64,000 bases of DNA from Candidatus Defluviibacterium haderslevense (lineage in GTDB: Bacteria > Bacteroidota > Bacteroidia > Chitinophagales > Saprospiraceae), in the NCBI GenBank assembly GCA_016712225.1, contig JADJRL010000003.1, forward strand, positions 2,559,831 through 2,623,830. The letters are read 5' to 3'. A program made the position numbers and the translations under genes. Positions 56,088 through 64,000 of this stretch are shown in pieces; within the stretch, counting starts at the first letter, position 1, and each line of letters opens with the position of its first letter. The notes beneath the pieces were generated by a model. That model searched no databases, was not told where the DNA came from, and saw nothing but the letters and a program-made list of their open reading frames with translations.

Positions 56088-56837
56088 TTAAATTTGTATC
56101 CCAATTCTAAATATAAATCGTTTATAGTTGTAAAAATACTGATCTTTTATTTCACTCCATGGATAAGTTACTTTATAGTTTGTTTTTTGCATTTGCAAAC
56201 CCACATCCAGACATACATTAAAGTGTTTTTTACCCCCAAATCGAATCCCTAAGGCAGGATGTAACATTAAACCTCCATTTAAATCATATAAGTTATTCTT
56301 ATTTGAAGTTGAAGCAAACCCATAGCCTGCAGCCACAGTCCCATAATATGCTGTTTGTTTTCCATAGAAATAAGATCTTATTTCTGAATAAATCGGAAAA
56401 AAATTAATGGGAATATCCTGTGCGTAATGATTCATGCCTAGGCCTATTCCTAATCCAAAATATCTTGAGTACATATATCCAAAGAGTGTGTTGAATCCAG
56501 CACCCACAGCAACTTCATTGTATTCATTACTTCCACCAAAAGCACTTAGATAATTAATTTGGTACCAACCTTTTTCTTTAAATAGATAAGGTGCGACTTG
56601 TCGTATTTTAGGATAGTCTTCTAATTGGATGATTTTTTTTATTGTGGATATGGGAATACTAAGTAGTATTCCTTCTCTAAGTAGAATGTTTAAACTCGAA
56701 TCTGAATATTGAAGAATCTGTCCGACATATATTGAACCTTCCTTAATATAGACTTTACTTAAAAATGGTTCTTGTTTACTTTCTTGAGCCATTAGTGAAC
56801 CTAAAGACATCCATAGTATAAGCAATATGTATTTCAT
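56088..56837 (-). CDS. Putative outer-membrane beta-barrel protein
   Basis: 249 aa with a signal peptide (LGSLMAQE). The C-terminal half is Gly/aromatic-rich with alternating strands and ends FIFRIGIQI. Confidence 0.5.
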   Translation of the reverse strand: MKYILLILWMSLGSLMAQESKQEPFLSKVYIKEGSIYVGQILQYSDSSLNILLREGILLSIPISTIKKIIQLEDYPKIRQVAPYLFKEKGWYQINYLSAFGGSNEYNEVAVGAGFNTLFGYMYSRYFGLGIGLGMNHYAQDIPINFFPIYSEIRSYFYGKQTAYYGTVAAGYGFASTSNKNNLYDLNGGLMLHPALGIRFGGKKHFNVCLDVGLQMQKTNYKVTYPWSEIKDQYFYNYKRFIFRIGIQI

Positions 56838-56838
56838 A

Positions 56839-57300
56839 TTATTTTATTAATTCAGGTAATGATTTTTTCAATAAATCAAAGTAATCATTTATTTCATGAG
56901 GAATTTCAAAGGGATCTACAAACCACTTTCTATTCTGGTTACCATTATTTATTTGCAAATAAAAGGCTCCTTGATCAACGCAATCAGGACAACCATACGT
57001 GGACTTACTATTCTTGAGAAGAAACTCCGGGAAATTTTTTTCGAGCTCAAAAGCGATATTGTATTCTTCAATGCTTAAAGGTGTTTTGGAAAAATTTATT
57101 TCACGATCATATGGAAAATAATTTTCTTGATCCGGATAGAGTTTGTTATTCTCAATTTTATAAATTGTGGAACAATTTGTATTACATTCTCCGGCAAGGA
57201 AACCAAAAATAAAAGAGTTGTCTTTATCAGCTTCTTTTTGGCATGCACAAAATATAATGATTGTGAAAAACATTGAACCAAATATTTTTAATGGATACAT
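56839..57300 (-). CDS. Hypothetical lipoprotein (153 aa)
   Basis: Lipobox FTIIIFCAC. It lies 1 nt from the downstream gene. Confidence 0.55.
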   Translation of the reverse strand: MYPLKIFGSMFFTIIIFCACQKEADKDNSFIFGFLAGECNTNCSTIYKIENNKLYPDQENYFPYDREINFSKTPLSIEEYNIAFELEKNFPEFLLKNSKSTYGCPDCVDQGAFYLQINNGNQNRKWFVDPFEIPHEINDYFDLLKKSLPELIK

Positions 57301-57306
57301 TTGAAA

Positions 57307-58569
57307 CTATTGTTTTAATAGGCTTGACAATTGTTTTAAATGTCCTGGTACAGTAGCATCATATTGAAATATTCCAGCTTCGGTCACTAATATAATGACT
57401 GAACTATTTTCCAGTGCAATGAGATCGTAAGGGTTGAGATGCGTGACTTGTTCAATCAAATGAATGTCGTCAATATTTTTTGCATTAAATGCTTTTAGAT
57501 TTTTATCACAGATGTACAATGTTTGATTCAACATGGTTAGACCATATGGATTTTCCAAGGGGTACGTTTTTAAAAGTTTGGGATTAAAAATGTCCTTGAC
57601 ATCTACAACATCTAATTGATTGGTATAACCTCCACAGGCGGTACCACCGTGTAAGGTTACATATGCTATATCATCCTGAACGATAACCGGATCACATGAT
57701 CTAAAATGTTCCATTTTGCCGGCAAGGGTTGGTGTGGCTGGATTTATTAAAGTATAGATGTACATACCTGAAGTGGAACCTATAAATAGATTATTATTAT
57801 ACGGAAAAATGGTTTCAATATTCCAGCCAATTTGAATTTTAGAATTTAAAACAGGGCATTGTTGTTCTACATTAAAGCTATACAAATGGCTTAAATCTAT
57901 AGTATATAAAAAGTTTTCTGTAGCTGTGAATTTTGCAAATGAACCGCCAATTCCTGAGATACCCGTGAAGCTAGGTGAATTACTATTAGGACCTGACCTT
58001 TTACTGTCACTTGAAGAAAAGATCACATCTCCTTCCCAATAAATTTCTCTACCATAATATTCTGAATTGCATGGAATTTCGACCGTTGTTTTATTCTGAA
58101 TATAATCCACCAAAATACCATTTAGGGGATCGACTAATATTGGTGAAAAAACATTTTCATTTCTACAAATTATTTTAGGATTTGTTGGATCTGATATATC
58201 AATGCTTAATAAGTCTATATAGTTGTCCGCATACAGGATATTATTATGAACGGACATATCCACATTTCCGGGAATTTCGATAAAGTTTATTTTAATGGGA
58301 TGCGCTGGATCTGTGTTATCAAAAATGTGAATTCCGACTTTTATTTCATTGACCAATAGAAGTGACCCATAAACATAAATTTTTCCTGGGTGATTTAATT
58401 CATGAGTTGCATTTAATTTTACACTCAAACGGATGTCAGAAGTCGTCATATAGACCGGATCGTATCTAAAGTAAGTTCTTTTGAGGTTGCAATCGTCTTT
58501 GAAGCAAGAACTGAATGTTAGGGTTACACAAAATGTTAGCGATAAAAGAAGGCGAGTTGTATGTTTCAT
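57307..58569 (-). CDS. LVIVD-repeat-like beta-propeller lipoprotein
   Basis: Lipobox TLTFSSC. It has repeated segments of the form ...NILYADNYIDLLSIDISDPTNPKII... and DIAYVT...LDVVDVKDIFNPKLL, typical of LVIVD repeats. Confidence 0.55.
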   Translation of the reverse strand: MKHTTRLLLSLTFCVTLTFSSCFKDDCNLKRTYFRYDPVYMTTSDIRLSVKLNATHELNHPGKIYVYGSLLLVNEIKVGIHIFDNTDPAHPIKINFIEIPGNVDMSVHNNILYADNYIDLLSIDISDPTNPKIICRNENVFSPILVDPLNGILVDYIQNKTTVEIPCNSEYYGREIYWEGDVIFSSSDSKRSGPNSNSPSFTGISGIGGSFAKFTATENFLYTIDLSHLYSFNVEQQCPVLNSKIQIGWNIETIFPYNNNLFIGSTSGMYIYTLINPATPTLAGKMEHFRSCDPVIVQDDIAYVTLHGGTACGGYTNQLDVVDVKDIFNPKLLKTYPLENPYGLTMLNQTLYICDKNLKAFNAKNIDDIHLIEQVTHLNPYDLIALENSSVIILVTEAGIFQYDATVPGHLKQLSSLLKQ

Positions 58570-58756
58570 AATTAATATTTTATTTATAATACTTGTATAG
58601 ACTGATCAGTTCATATAAATGGTTGGGTATAGATTATAAAAATTCCTAAAAAATTCATAATTTAAGCTAATGGGCTAAAACCAACCATAGTTATTGAGGT
58701 TTATAATATGTGACTTTAGATCTCATTTTAAGTTTTGAATTACCAGTATACTGAGT

Positions 58757-58764
58757 TATTTTTG
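58757..58764 (+). promoter_or_regulatory. -7 promoter box TATTTTTG upstream of gcvP
   Basis: Exact TAnnTTTG match, 19 nt upstream of the ATG at 58783. This supports that start over the TTG at 58735. Confidence 0.5.
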
Positions 58765-58782
58765 CGACCTAAATATAAAATT

Positions 58783-61677
58783 ATGAATATTTTTCCTCGA
58801 TTTGATCAATTTGAACATAGACATATAGGAAGTTTGGGCTCCGATTTGGGCATCATGTTGCGTACAATAGGGGTTGCAAGTTTAGACCAATTGATAGAGC
58901 AAACGGTCCCTGCATCGATACGACGTAAAGACAAAATGGCCATTCCACCTGCTCAATCCGAGTTTGATTTTTTGAATGATTTACAAAAATTAGCTGACGA
59001 AAACGAGCTGTATCGAAGCTTTTTGGGTCAAGGATATTACGGTTCTATAACACCTAATGTCATTTTGAGGAATGTATTCCAGAATCCGGGTTGGTATACA
59101 CAATACACACCCTATCAGGCTGAAATAGCTCAAGGCAGACTTGAGGCTTTATTAAACTTTCAGACCATGATCTCAGATCTAACAGGACTGCCTATTGCGA
59201 ATGCTTCCCTTTTGGATGAGGGCACGGCTGCAGCAGAAGCGATGCTTATGTTTTACCATTCTAAAGAAAAACGAAATAAAGAAGAATCGCCCAATTTATT
59301 TTTTGTAGATGAACAAGTCTATGACCAAACCATTGATGTCTTAAAATCAAGAGCATGGCCACAAGGAATAGTACTTAAAATTGGAAATTGGAGAACTGAT
59401 GAATTACCAGCTAATTGTTTTGGAGCTTTAATTCAGTATCCGGATAAATTAGGTGAAGTATCAGATTATAGCCAATTCATTGAAAAAGCTAAATCAGCAG
59501 GTGTATTGGTAGCCATGGCAACGGATTTAATGGCCTTATGTTTACTCAAATCACCAGGAGAATTGGGAGTGGACATTGCCCTAGGAAATAGTCAGCGATT
59601 TGGTGTTCCAATGGGATTTGGAGGTCCTCATGCGGCATTTTTTGCAACAAGAGATGAATTTAAAAGGATCATTCCAGGTCGTATCATTGGAGTGTCAATA
59701 GATGAACAAGGCGATCGAGCCCTTAGAATGGCTTTACAAACCAGAGAGCAACATATTCGCAGAGAAAAAGCCACTTCAAATATCTGTACCGCTCAAGCCT
59801 TATTGGCAATCATGGCATCCATGTATGGAGTTTATCACGGACCTGCAGGAATTTACGCTATTTCGAGGCGCATACATGACATGACCTGTAGTCTTGCCAA
59901 TGCTTTAGTATCTATGGATTATAAGTTAAAAACGGAACATTTCTACGACGCGATATCCATAAAGGCGGATCATGATTTAATCCAAGAAGTTAAAAAATTA
60001 GCAAAGGCAGAAAAACTTAATTTCTGGTATTCAAAAGATTGTATTGGAATCAGTTTAGATGAAACGGTCACTGAAGAAGAATTAACGAGCATTCTTCATT
60101 TGTTCTCTAAAACTTCGAATAAACAACAATCTGCTATGATTATGCCCCCTACAAAGTTGGGATTTCCTAGCAGTTTGATTCGTACTTCAGAATATCTAAC
60201 ACACCCCGTATTCAATACCCATCATACGGAATCAGCTATGATGCGTTATATTAAACGATTGGAAAATAAAGATTTATCATTAGTACACTCCATGATTTCT
60301 TTAGGCTCATGTACTATGAAGCTGAATGCGGCATCAGAATTAATACCTGTGAGTTGGCCGGGTTTCAGCAATGTACATCCATTCGTACCGGCGGAACAAG
60401 TCAAAGGGTATTTAAAAATGATCCATGAATTAGAAGCTTATTTATGTTCAGTGACTGGTTTTACGGCTTGCTCATTACAACCCAATTCAGGTGCACAGGG
60501 TGAATTTGCTGGATTATTGACGATAAAGGCATACCATGAGCATCATGGGAATCCTAAGCGAAACATTGCTTTGATACCAGCATCAGCACATGGAACCAAT
60601 CCTGCGTCTGCAGTGGTAGCAGGAATGCATGTTGTCGTTACGGCATGTGATGACAATGGTAATATCATCGTTCAGGATATACTGGATAAAGCCAATGAAT
60701 ACAAGGACCAATTGGCCTGTTTAATGGTTACTTATCCATCAACACATGGTGTTTTTGAAACCACTATCCAGGAAATTTGTCAAATCATACATGAACACGG
60801 GGGATTGGTTTATATGGACGGTGCCAATATGAATGCTCAAGTAGGTTTAACTAGTCCTGCAACTATTGGGGCAGATGTTTGTCATCTTAATCTGCATAAA
60901 ACATTTGCCATTCCACATGGTGGCGGAGGACCTGGTATGGGACCAATCTGTGTAAATGATAAACTTAAACCTTTCTTACCAAACCATCCTTATTTGACCG
61001 TTAATGATTCGAAAACAGCTGTTGCTGCTGTTTCTGCGGCCCCATATGGTTCAGCGAGTATTTTGATTATCTCTTATGCTTATATCAGGATGTTGGGTGC
61101 AGAAGGTATGACTAAATCAACTAAGCACGCCATTTTGAATGCCAATTATATAGCTGCTAAACTGTCGCCTAAATATAAAGTACTTTATACCGGCGAAAAC
61201 GGTCGAGTTGCCCATGAATTGATTATTGATTTGCGCCCTTATAAAACGGCCGGAGTCATTGCTGAGGATGTAGCTAAGCGATTGATGGATTATGGATTTC
61301 ATGCACCGACATTGTCTTTTCCTGTTGCAGGTACCATAATGATTGAGCCTACCGAGTCTGAAAATCTGGATGAACTGGATCGATTTTGCGATGCCTTGCT
61401 TTCCATCCATGAAGAAATAGATGAAGTGGCTCGTGGAGAATATCCTGTTGAAAACAGTGTATTGCATAATGCGCCTCATACAGCTAATGTAATTACGGCT
61501 GATGAATGGACAAAACCTTATTCAAGACAAAAAGCAGCTTATCCATTGCCATATTTGAAACATGGAATGAAATTCTGGCCAGCAATAGGTAGGGTAAACA
61601 ATGCTTTTGGAGATCGTAATTTGGTTTGTACTTGTCCGCCTATGGAATCCTATATGTCGGATTCTAATGATCTTTAA
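58783..61677 (+). CDS. gcvP: Glycine dehydrogenase (decarboxylating), glycine cleavage system P protein
   Basis: About 964 aa, single-chain P protein. It has FEHRHIG, the N-terminal motif NPGWYTQYTPYQAEI.QGRLE and the PLP-lysine context HLNLHKTF. Confidence 0.95.
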   Translation: MNIFPRFDQFEHRHIGSLGSDLGIMLRTIGVASLDQLIEQTVPASIRRKDKMAIPPAQSEFDFLNDLQKLADENELYRSFLGQGYYGSITPNVILRNVFQNPGWYTQYTPYQAEIAQGRLEALLNFQTMISDLTGLPIANASLLDEGTAAAEAMLMFYHSKEKRNKEESPNLFFVDEQVYDQTIDVLKSRAWPQGIVLKIGNWRTDELPANCFGALIQYPDKLGEVSDYSQFIEKAKSAGVLVAMATDLMALCLLKSPGELGVDIALGNSQRFGVPMGFGGPHAAFFATRDEFKRIIPGRIIGVSIDEQGDRALRMALQTREQHIRREKATSNICTAQALLAIMASMYGVYHGPAGIYAISRRIHDMTCSLANALVSMDYKLKTEHFYDAISIKADHDLIQEVKKLAKAEKLNFWYSKDCIGISLDETVTEEELTSILHLFSKTSNKQQSAMIMPPTKLGFPSSLIRTSEYLTHPVFNTHHTESAMMRYIKRLENKDLSLVHSMISLGSCTMKLNAASELIPVSWPGFSNVHPFVPAEQVKGYLKMIHELEAYLCSVTGFTACSLQPNSGAQGEFAGLLTIKAYHEHHGNPKRNIALIPASAHGTNPASAVVAGMHVVVTACDDNGNIIVQDILDKANEYKDQLACLMVTYPSTHGVFETTIQEICQIIHEHGGLVYMDGANMNAQVGLTSPATIGADVCHLNLHKTFAIPHGGGGPGMGPICVNDKLKPFLPNHPYLTVNDSKTAVAAVSAAPYGSASILIISYAYIRMLGAEGMTKSTKHAILNANYIAAKLSPKYKVLYTGENGRVAHELIIDLRPYKTAGVIAEDVAKRLMDYGFHAPTLSFPVAGTIMIEPTESENLDELDRFCDALLSIHEEIDEVARGEYPVENSVLHNAPHTANVITADEWTKPYSRQKAAYPLPYLKHGMKFWPAIGRVNNAFGDRNLVCTCPPMESYMSDSNDL

Positions 61678-61693
61678 TCGAGCCTATCATTAT

Positions 61694-62299
61694 ATGTTTA
61701 AAGCCGAACATTGTATCAACATTTTCAATCAAGCTATAGAAGATTACCATCGGTTTGATGATGTTGATGCAATATTGGTTTTACCAGAATTTAATTCAAT
61801 ACAGGACCAAGAACTCTATAAAAAATGTTGGATTGACACGGTCCAATGGCACTTAGAAGATATCATTCGAATACCTTCATTATCTGCTGATAAATTTATT
61901 GAAACAAAGCGTAGAATTGATGTCTCTAATCAATGGAGAACAGATATGGTAGAACGTATTGATCAATGGTTTGTAGATCAATACCTTTCGGTTAAAGTGC
62001 TACCAAATGCCCGAATGAATACTGAAACACCAGCATGGGCAATAGATCGTTTATCCATATTGTGCTTAAAAATATACCATATGCGCGAACAAGTGGAACG
62101 AATTGATTCAACAATGGAACAGGTGGATCAATGCAAAACCAAACTTGATATATTGATGATGCAGCAAGAAGATTTGGTACAAAGTTTAAATGCTCTGATC
62201 GAAGAAATTTCACAAGGAAAAACATTAATGAAGACCTATCAACAGATGAAAATGTATAATGATCCAAAGTTGAATCCACAGCTGTACGCGAAGCCATAA
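61694..62299 (+). CDS. DUF4254-like protein
   Basis: About 201 aa from the ATG at 61694. It has the motif CWIDTVQWHLEDIIR and sits directly upstream of a GT9 gene, as is usual for DUF4254. The ORF-track start at 61601 overlaps gcvP. Confidence 0.55.
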   Translation: MFKAEHCINIFNQAIEDYHRFDDVDAILVLPEFNSIQDQELYKKCWIDTVQWHLEDIIRIPSLSADKFIETKRRIDVSNQWRTDMVERIDQWFVDQYLSVKVLPNARMNTETPAWAIDRLSILCLKIYHMREQVERIDSTMEQVDQCKTKLDILMMQQEDLVQSLNALIEEISQGKTLMKTYQQMKMYNDPKLNPQLYAKP

Positions 62300-62301
62300 A
62301 T

Positions 62302-63375
62302 ATGAAAATTCTTGCGATACGATTTTCAGCTATGGGTGATGTTATATTAACCATGCCCGTATTGAAAGCCGTTCTACAAGCTCATCCAAAGTATCAAATA
62401 GATATATTAACGAGAAGATCGTTTCAAGTTTTTTTTAAGCACATTGAACGACTGAACATCAGAGAAGAAAATATTGATGTAGAATATCAATCGTTTGTAG
62501 GTCTGTTTAAATTATTTTTTAAATTAAGAAGTGAAAAGTATGATTTAGTAATTGATCTACATGGAAGTTTGAGATCAAGGATATTGTGTTTTTTGTTTCA
62601 ATTATCGGGTGTAGCATATGCAACCATTGATAAGGGGCGTACTGATAAAAAAAAATTATTGGGAAATATAGGGTCCAGAACATTACCCCTGAAACATACC
62701 ATAGAACGATATGCAGATGTATTTCGAAAATGTAATATTCCAGTTGACATAGAGCATTTAAATCAATCTGGTTTTAAATCTTCACAAGTTGAAAAAAATC
62801 AAATAGAGAAAACTATTAACGAAAATTTTTGGGAGTCATCTATTAAAATTGGTATAGCTCCTTTCTCACAACACCAACTCAAATCCTGGCCAATTGAACG
62901 TATTCAAAAATTAATTGATTGCTTGGTTCAAGAATACCAACAACGAATCCAAATATTTTTATTTGGTGGAGGGCATTCTGAAATGAAGATTTTATCGACG
63001 CTACGGAATTTGAATTCAGAATCCATTCATATTGCAGGAGATTTGTTTAATTTGGCAGAACAAATTGAGTTTATGAATCATTTGGATTTGATGATCACTA
63101 TGGATTCTGCGAATTTGCACTTGGCAAATCTTACTCAATGTAAAAATGTTATTTCTTTATGGGGTCCAACACATACCTATTTGGGATTTGGTCCATTGGT
63201 ACCTTATAAGAATGTCATTATTGAAATTTCTACTTCGAAATTAATTTGTCGTCCTTGTTCGGTTTATGGAAATATTCCTTGTTCGCGAGGAGATCACGCT
63301 TGTATGGAATGGATTTCGGTTGATAGTGTTTTGGAAAAAGTAAAATCTGTATTGTCCATATCCAATGAAAAATAA
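62302..63375 (+). CDS. Glycosyltransferase family 9 (heptosyltransferase-like)
   Basis: 357 aa. It has MKILAIRFSAMGDVILTMPVLKA at the N-terminus and DSANLHLA..L in the C-terminal Rossmann domain. Confidence 0.85.
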   Translation: MKILAIRFSAMGDVILTMPVLKAVLQAHPKYQIDILTRRSFQVFFKHIERLNIREENIDVEYQSFVGLFKLFFKLRSEKYDLVIDLHGSLRSRILCFLFQLSGVAYATIDKGRTDKKKLLGNIGSRTLPLKHTIERYADVFRKCNIPVDIEHLNQSGFKSSQVEKNQIEKTINENFWESSIKIGIAPFSQHQLKSWPIERIQKLIDCLVQEYQQRIQIFLFGGGHSEMKILSTLRNLNSESIHIAGDLFNLAEQIEFMNHLDLMITMDSANLHLANLTQCKNVISLWGPTHTYLGFGPLVPYKNVIIEISTSKLICRPCSVYGNIPCSRGDHACMEWISVDSVLEKVKSVLSISNEK

Positions 63376-63410
63376 ATGATATATCGAAACATAAAATATA
63401 ACAATAATAA

Positions 63411-63445
63411 AAAAAACCACTTGAAATGAACAAGTGGTTTTTTAT
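63411..63445. terminator. Bidirectional rho-independent terminator between convergent genes
   Basis: AAAAAACCACTTG-AAATGAA-CAAGTGGTTTTTT, a perfect 13-bp stem that includes the A and T tracts. Confidence 0.8.
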
Positions 63446-63460
63446 TCTATTAGGGGTCTA

Positions 63461-64000
63461 CTATTTTTTTGAATTGAATCCCAATGATATTCCGATTCGT
63501 GGACTATCTTTTTTCAACATGGCATAAGCGTTAACAGGGAAATTTACATTGCCACTTCTGAAAGATTTTCCTAAAGCAATTAATAATCCACCTTCGATCC
63601 CAAACTCACCACGTCGATCTATTTCTTTAGAGACATTGCCATTATTGTCAAGATCATTTTTGGCAAGTACCCATTTACCGTTTTCATCATAGTAACCTAG
63701 ACTTCGTTTGGTTACGACTAAACTTGGACCAATGGAAAATTCAAAACCGGTTTTATTGGATCGAACACCATGGAGAAAGGTAACACTTGGAATAAACAAA
63801 CCATGTTCAATACCTGAAATATTGGGTATAACTTCAAACAAGCCTTGAATATTTCCTTTGTTCATATAAGCAATTTCAAATTGGTATCCAAATTGGGATA
63901 ATATGGGTATAGCTGCCATTCCACCTTGGTTTTCTGGTCTTCTAATGGATTTTCCATCAGGACCAAGTGTCATACTAAATCCAAATCTGGGACCGCTTAA
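63461..64000 (-). CDS. Hypothetical protein, probably outer-membrane beta-barrel-like; 5' end may lie outside the window
   Basis: The frame stays open to base 64000 upstream of the ATG at 63973. The sequence is Gly- and aromatic-rich with alternating segments and ends ISLGFNSKK. Confidence 0.5.
   Translation of the reverse strand, partial: LSGPRFGFSMTLGPDGKSIRRPENQGGMAAIPILSQFGYQFEIAYMNKGNIQGLFEVIPNISGIEHGLFIPSVTFLHGVRSNKTGFEFSIGPSLVVTKRSLGYYDENGKWVLAKNDLDNNGNVSKEIDRRGEFGIEGGLLIALGKSFRSGNVNFPVNAYAMLKKDSPRIGISLGFNSKK

Overview
This is an AT-rich chromosomal segment that looks like Bacteroidota. The supporting signs are several proteins with T9SS C-terminal sorting domains, TAnnTTTG -7 promoter boxes upstream of genes, and the DUF4271-hemD and DUF4254-GT9 gene pairs. 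About 55 credible genes are present. The recognisable housekeeping genes are ligA (5' end cut by the window), moxR-like, rpmE2, suhB-like, hemD-like, prc, recQ, lon and gcvP. There are two paralogous HisKA/OmpR two-component pairs. A stress or hypoxia-type cluster (15.9-21.4 kb) holds a PAS histidine kinase, a REC-Crp fusion regulator, a CBS protein, Usp proteins and Hsp20. Both of its Usp promoters carry the same FNR/CRP-type box. A BlaI/BlaR1-like module has a TACGAA-N4-TTCGTA operator that recurs in front of prc 9 kb away. An MbnP/MbnH-like pair and an ECF-sigma envelope cluster are also present. Two mobile elements are visible. One is an intact IS3-family element with an A6G -1 frameshift site, imperfect terminal inverted repeats and an extra tandem copy of one repeat. 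The other is a zinc-ribbon DDE transposase whose reading frame is broken in an A9 run. The most unusual region is 42.5-51.2 kb, between recQ and lon. It holds ten same-strand ORFs in which I recognise no domain, including a translationally coupled operon, a zinc-ribbon protein and five consecutive lipobox proteins, at least two of them clearly paralogous. This region is interleaved with two families of structured non-coding repeats. I flag it as a candidate cassette-like accessory system of unknown function. Other non-coding oddities are four DnaA-box-like 9-mers phased at 11 bp beside the IS3 element, and an intergenic locus with two identical 23-nt motifs, each followed by a hairpin, ending in a strong terminator. 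All calls come from reading the sequence and the ORF translations; no database search was possible.
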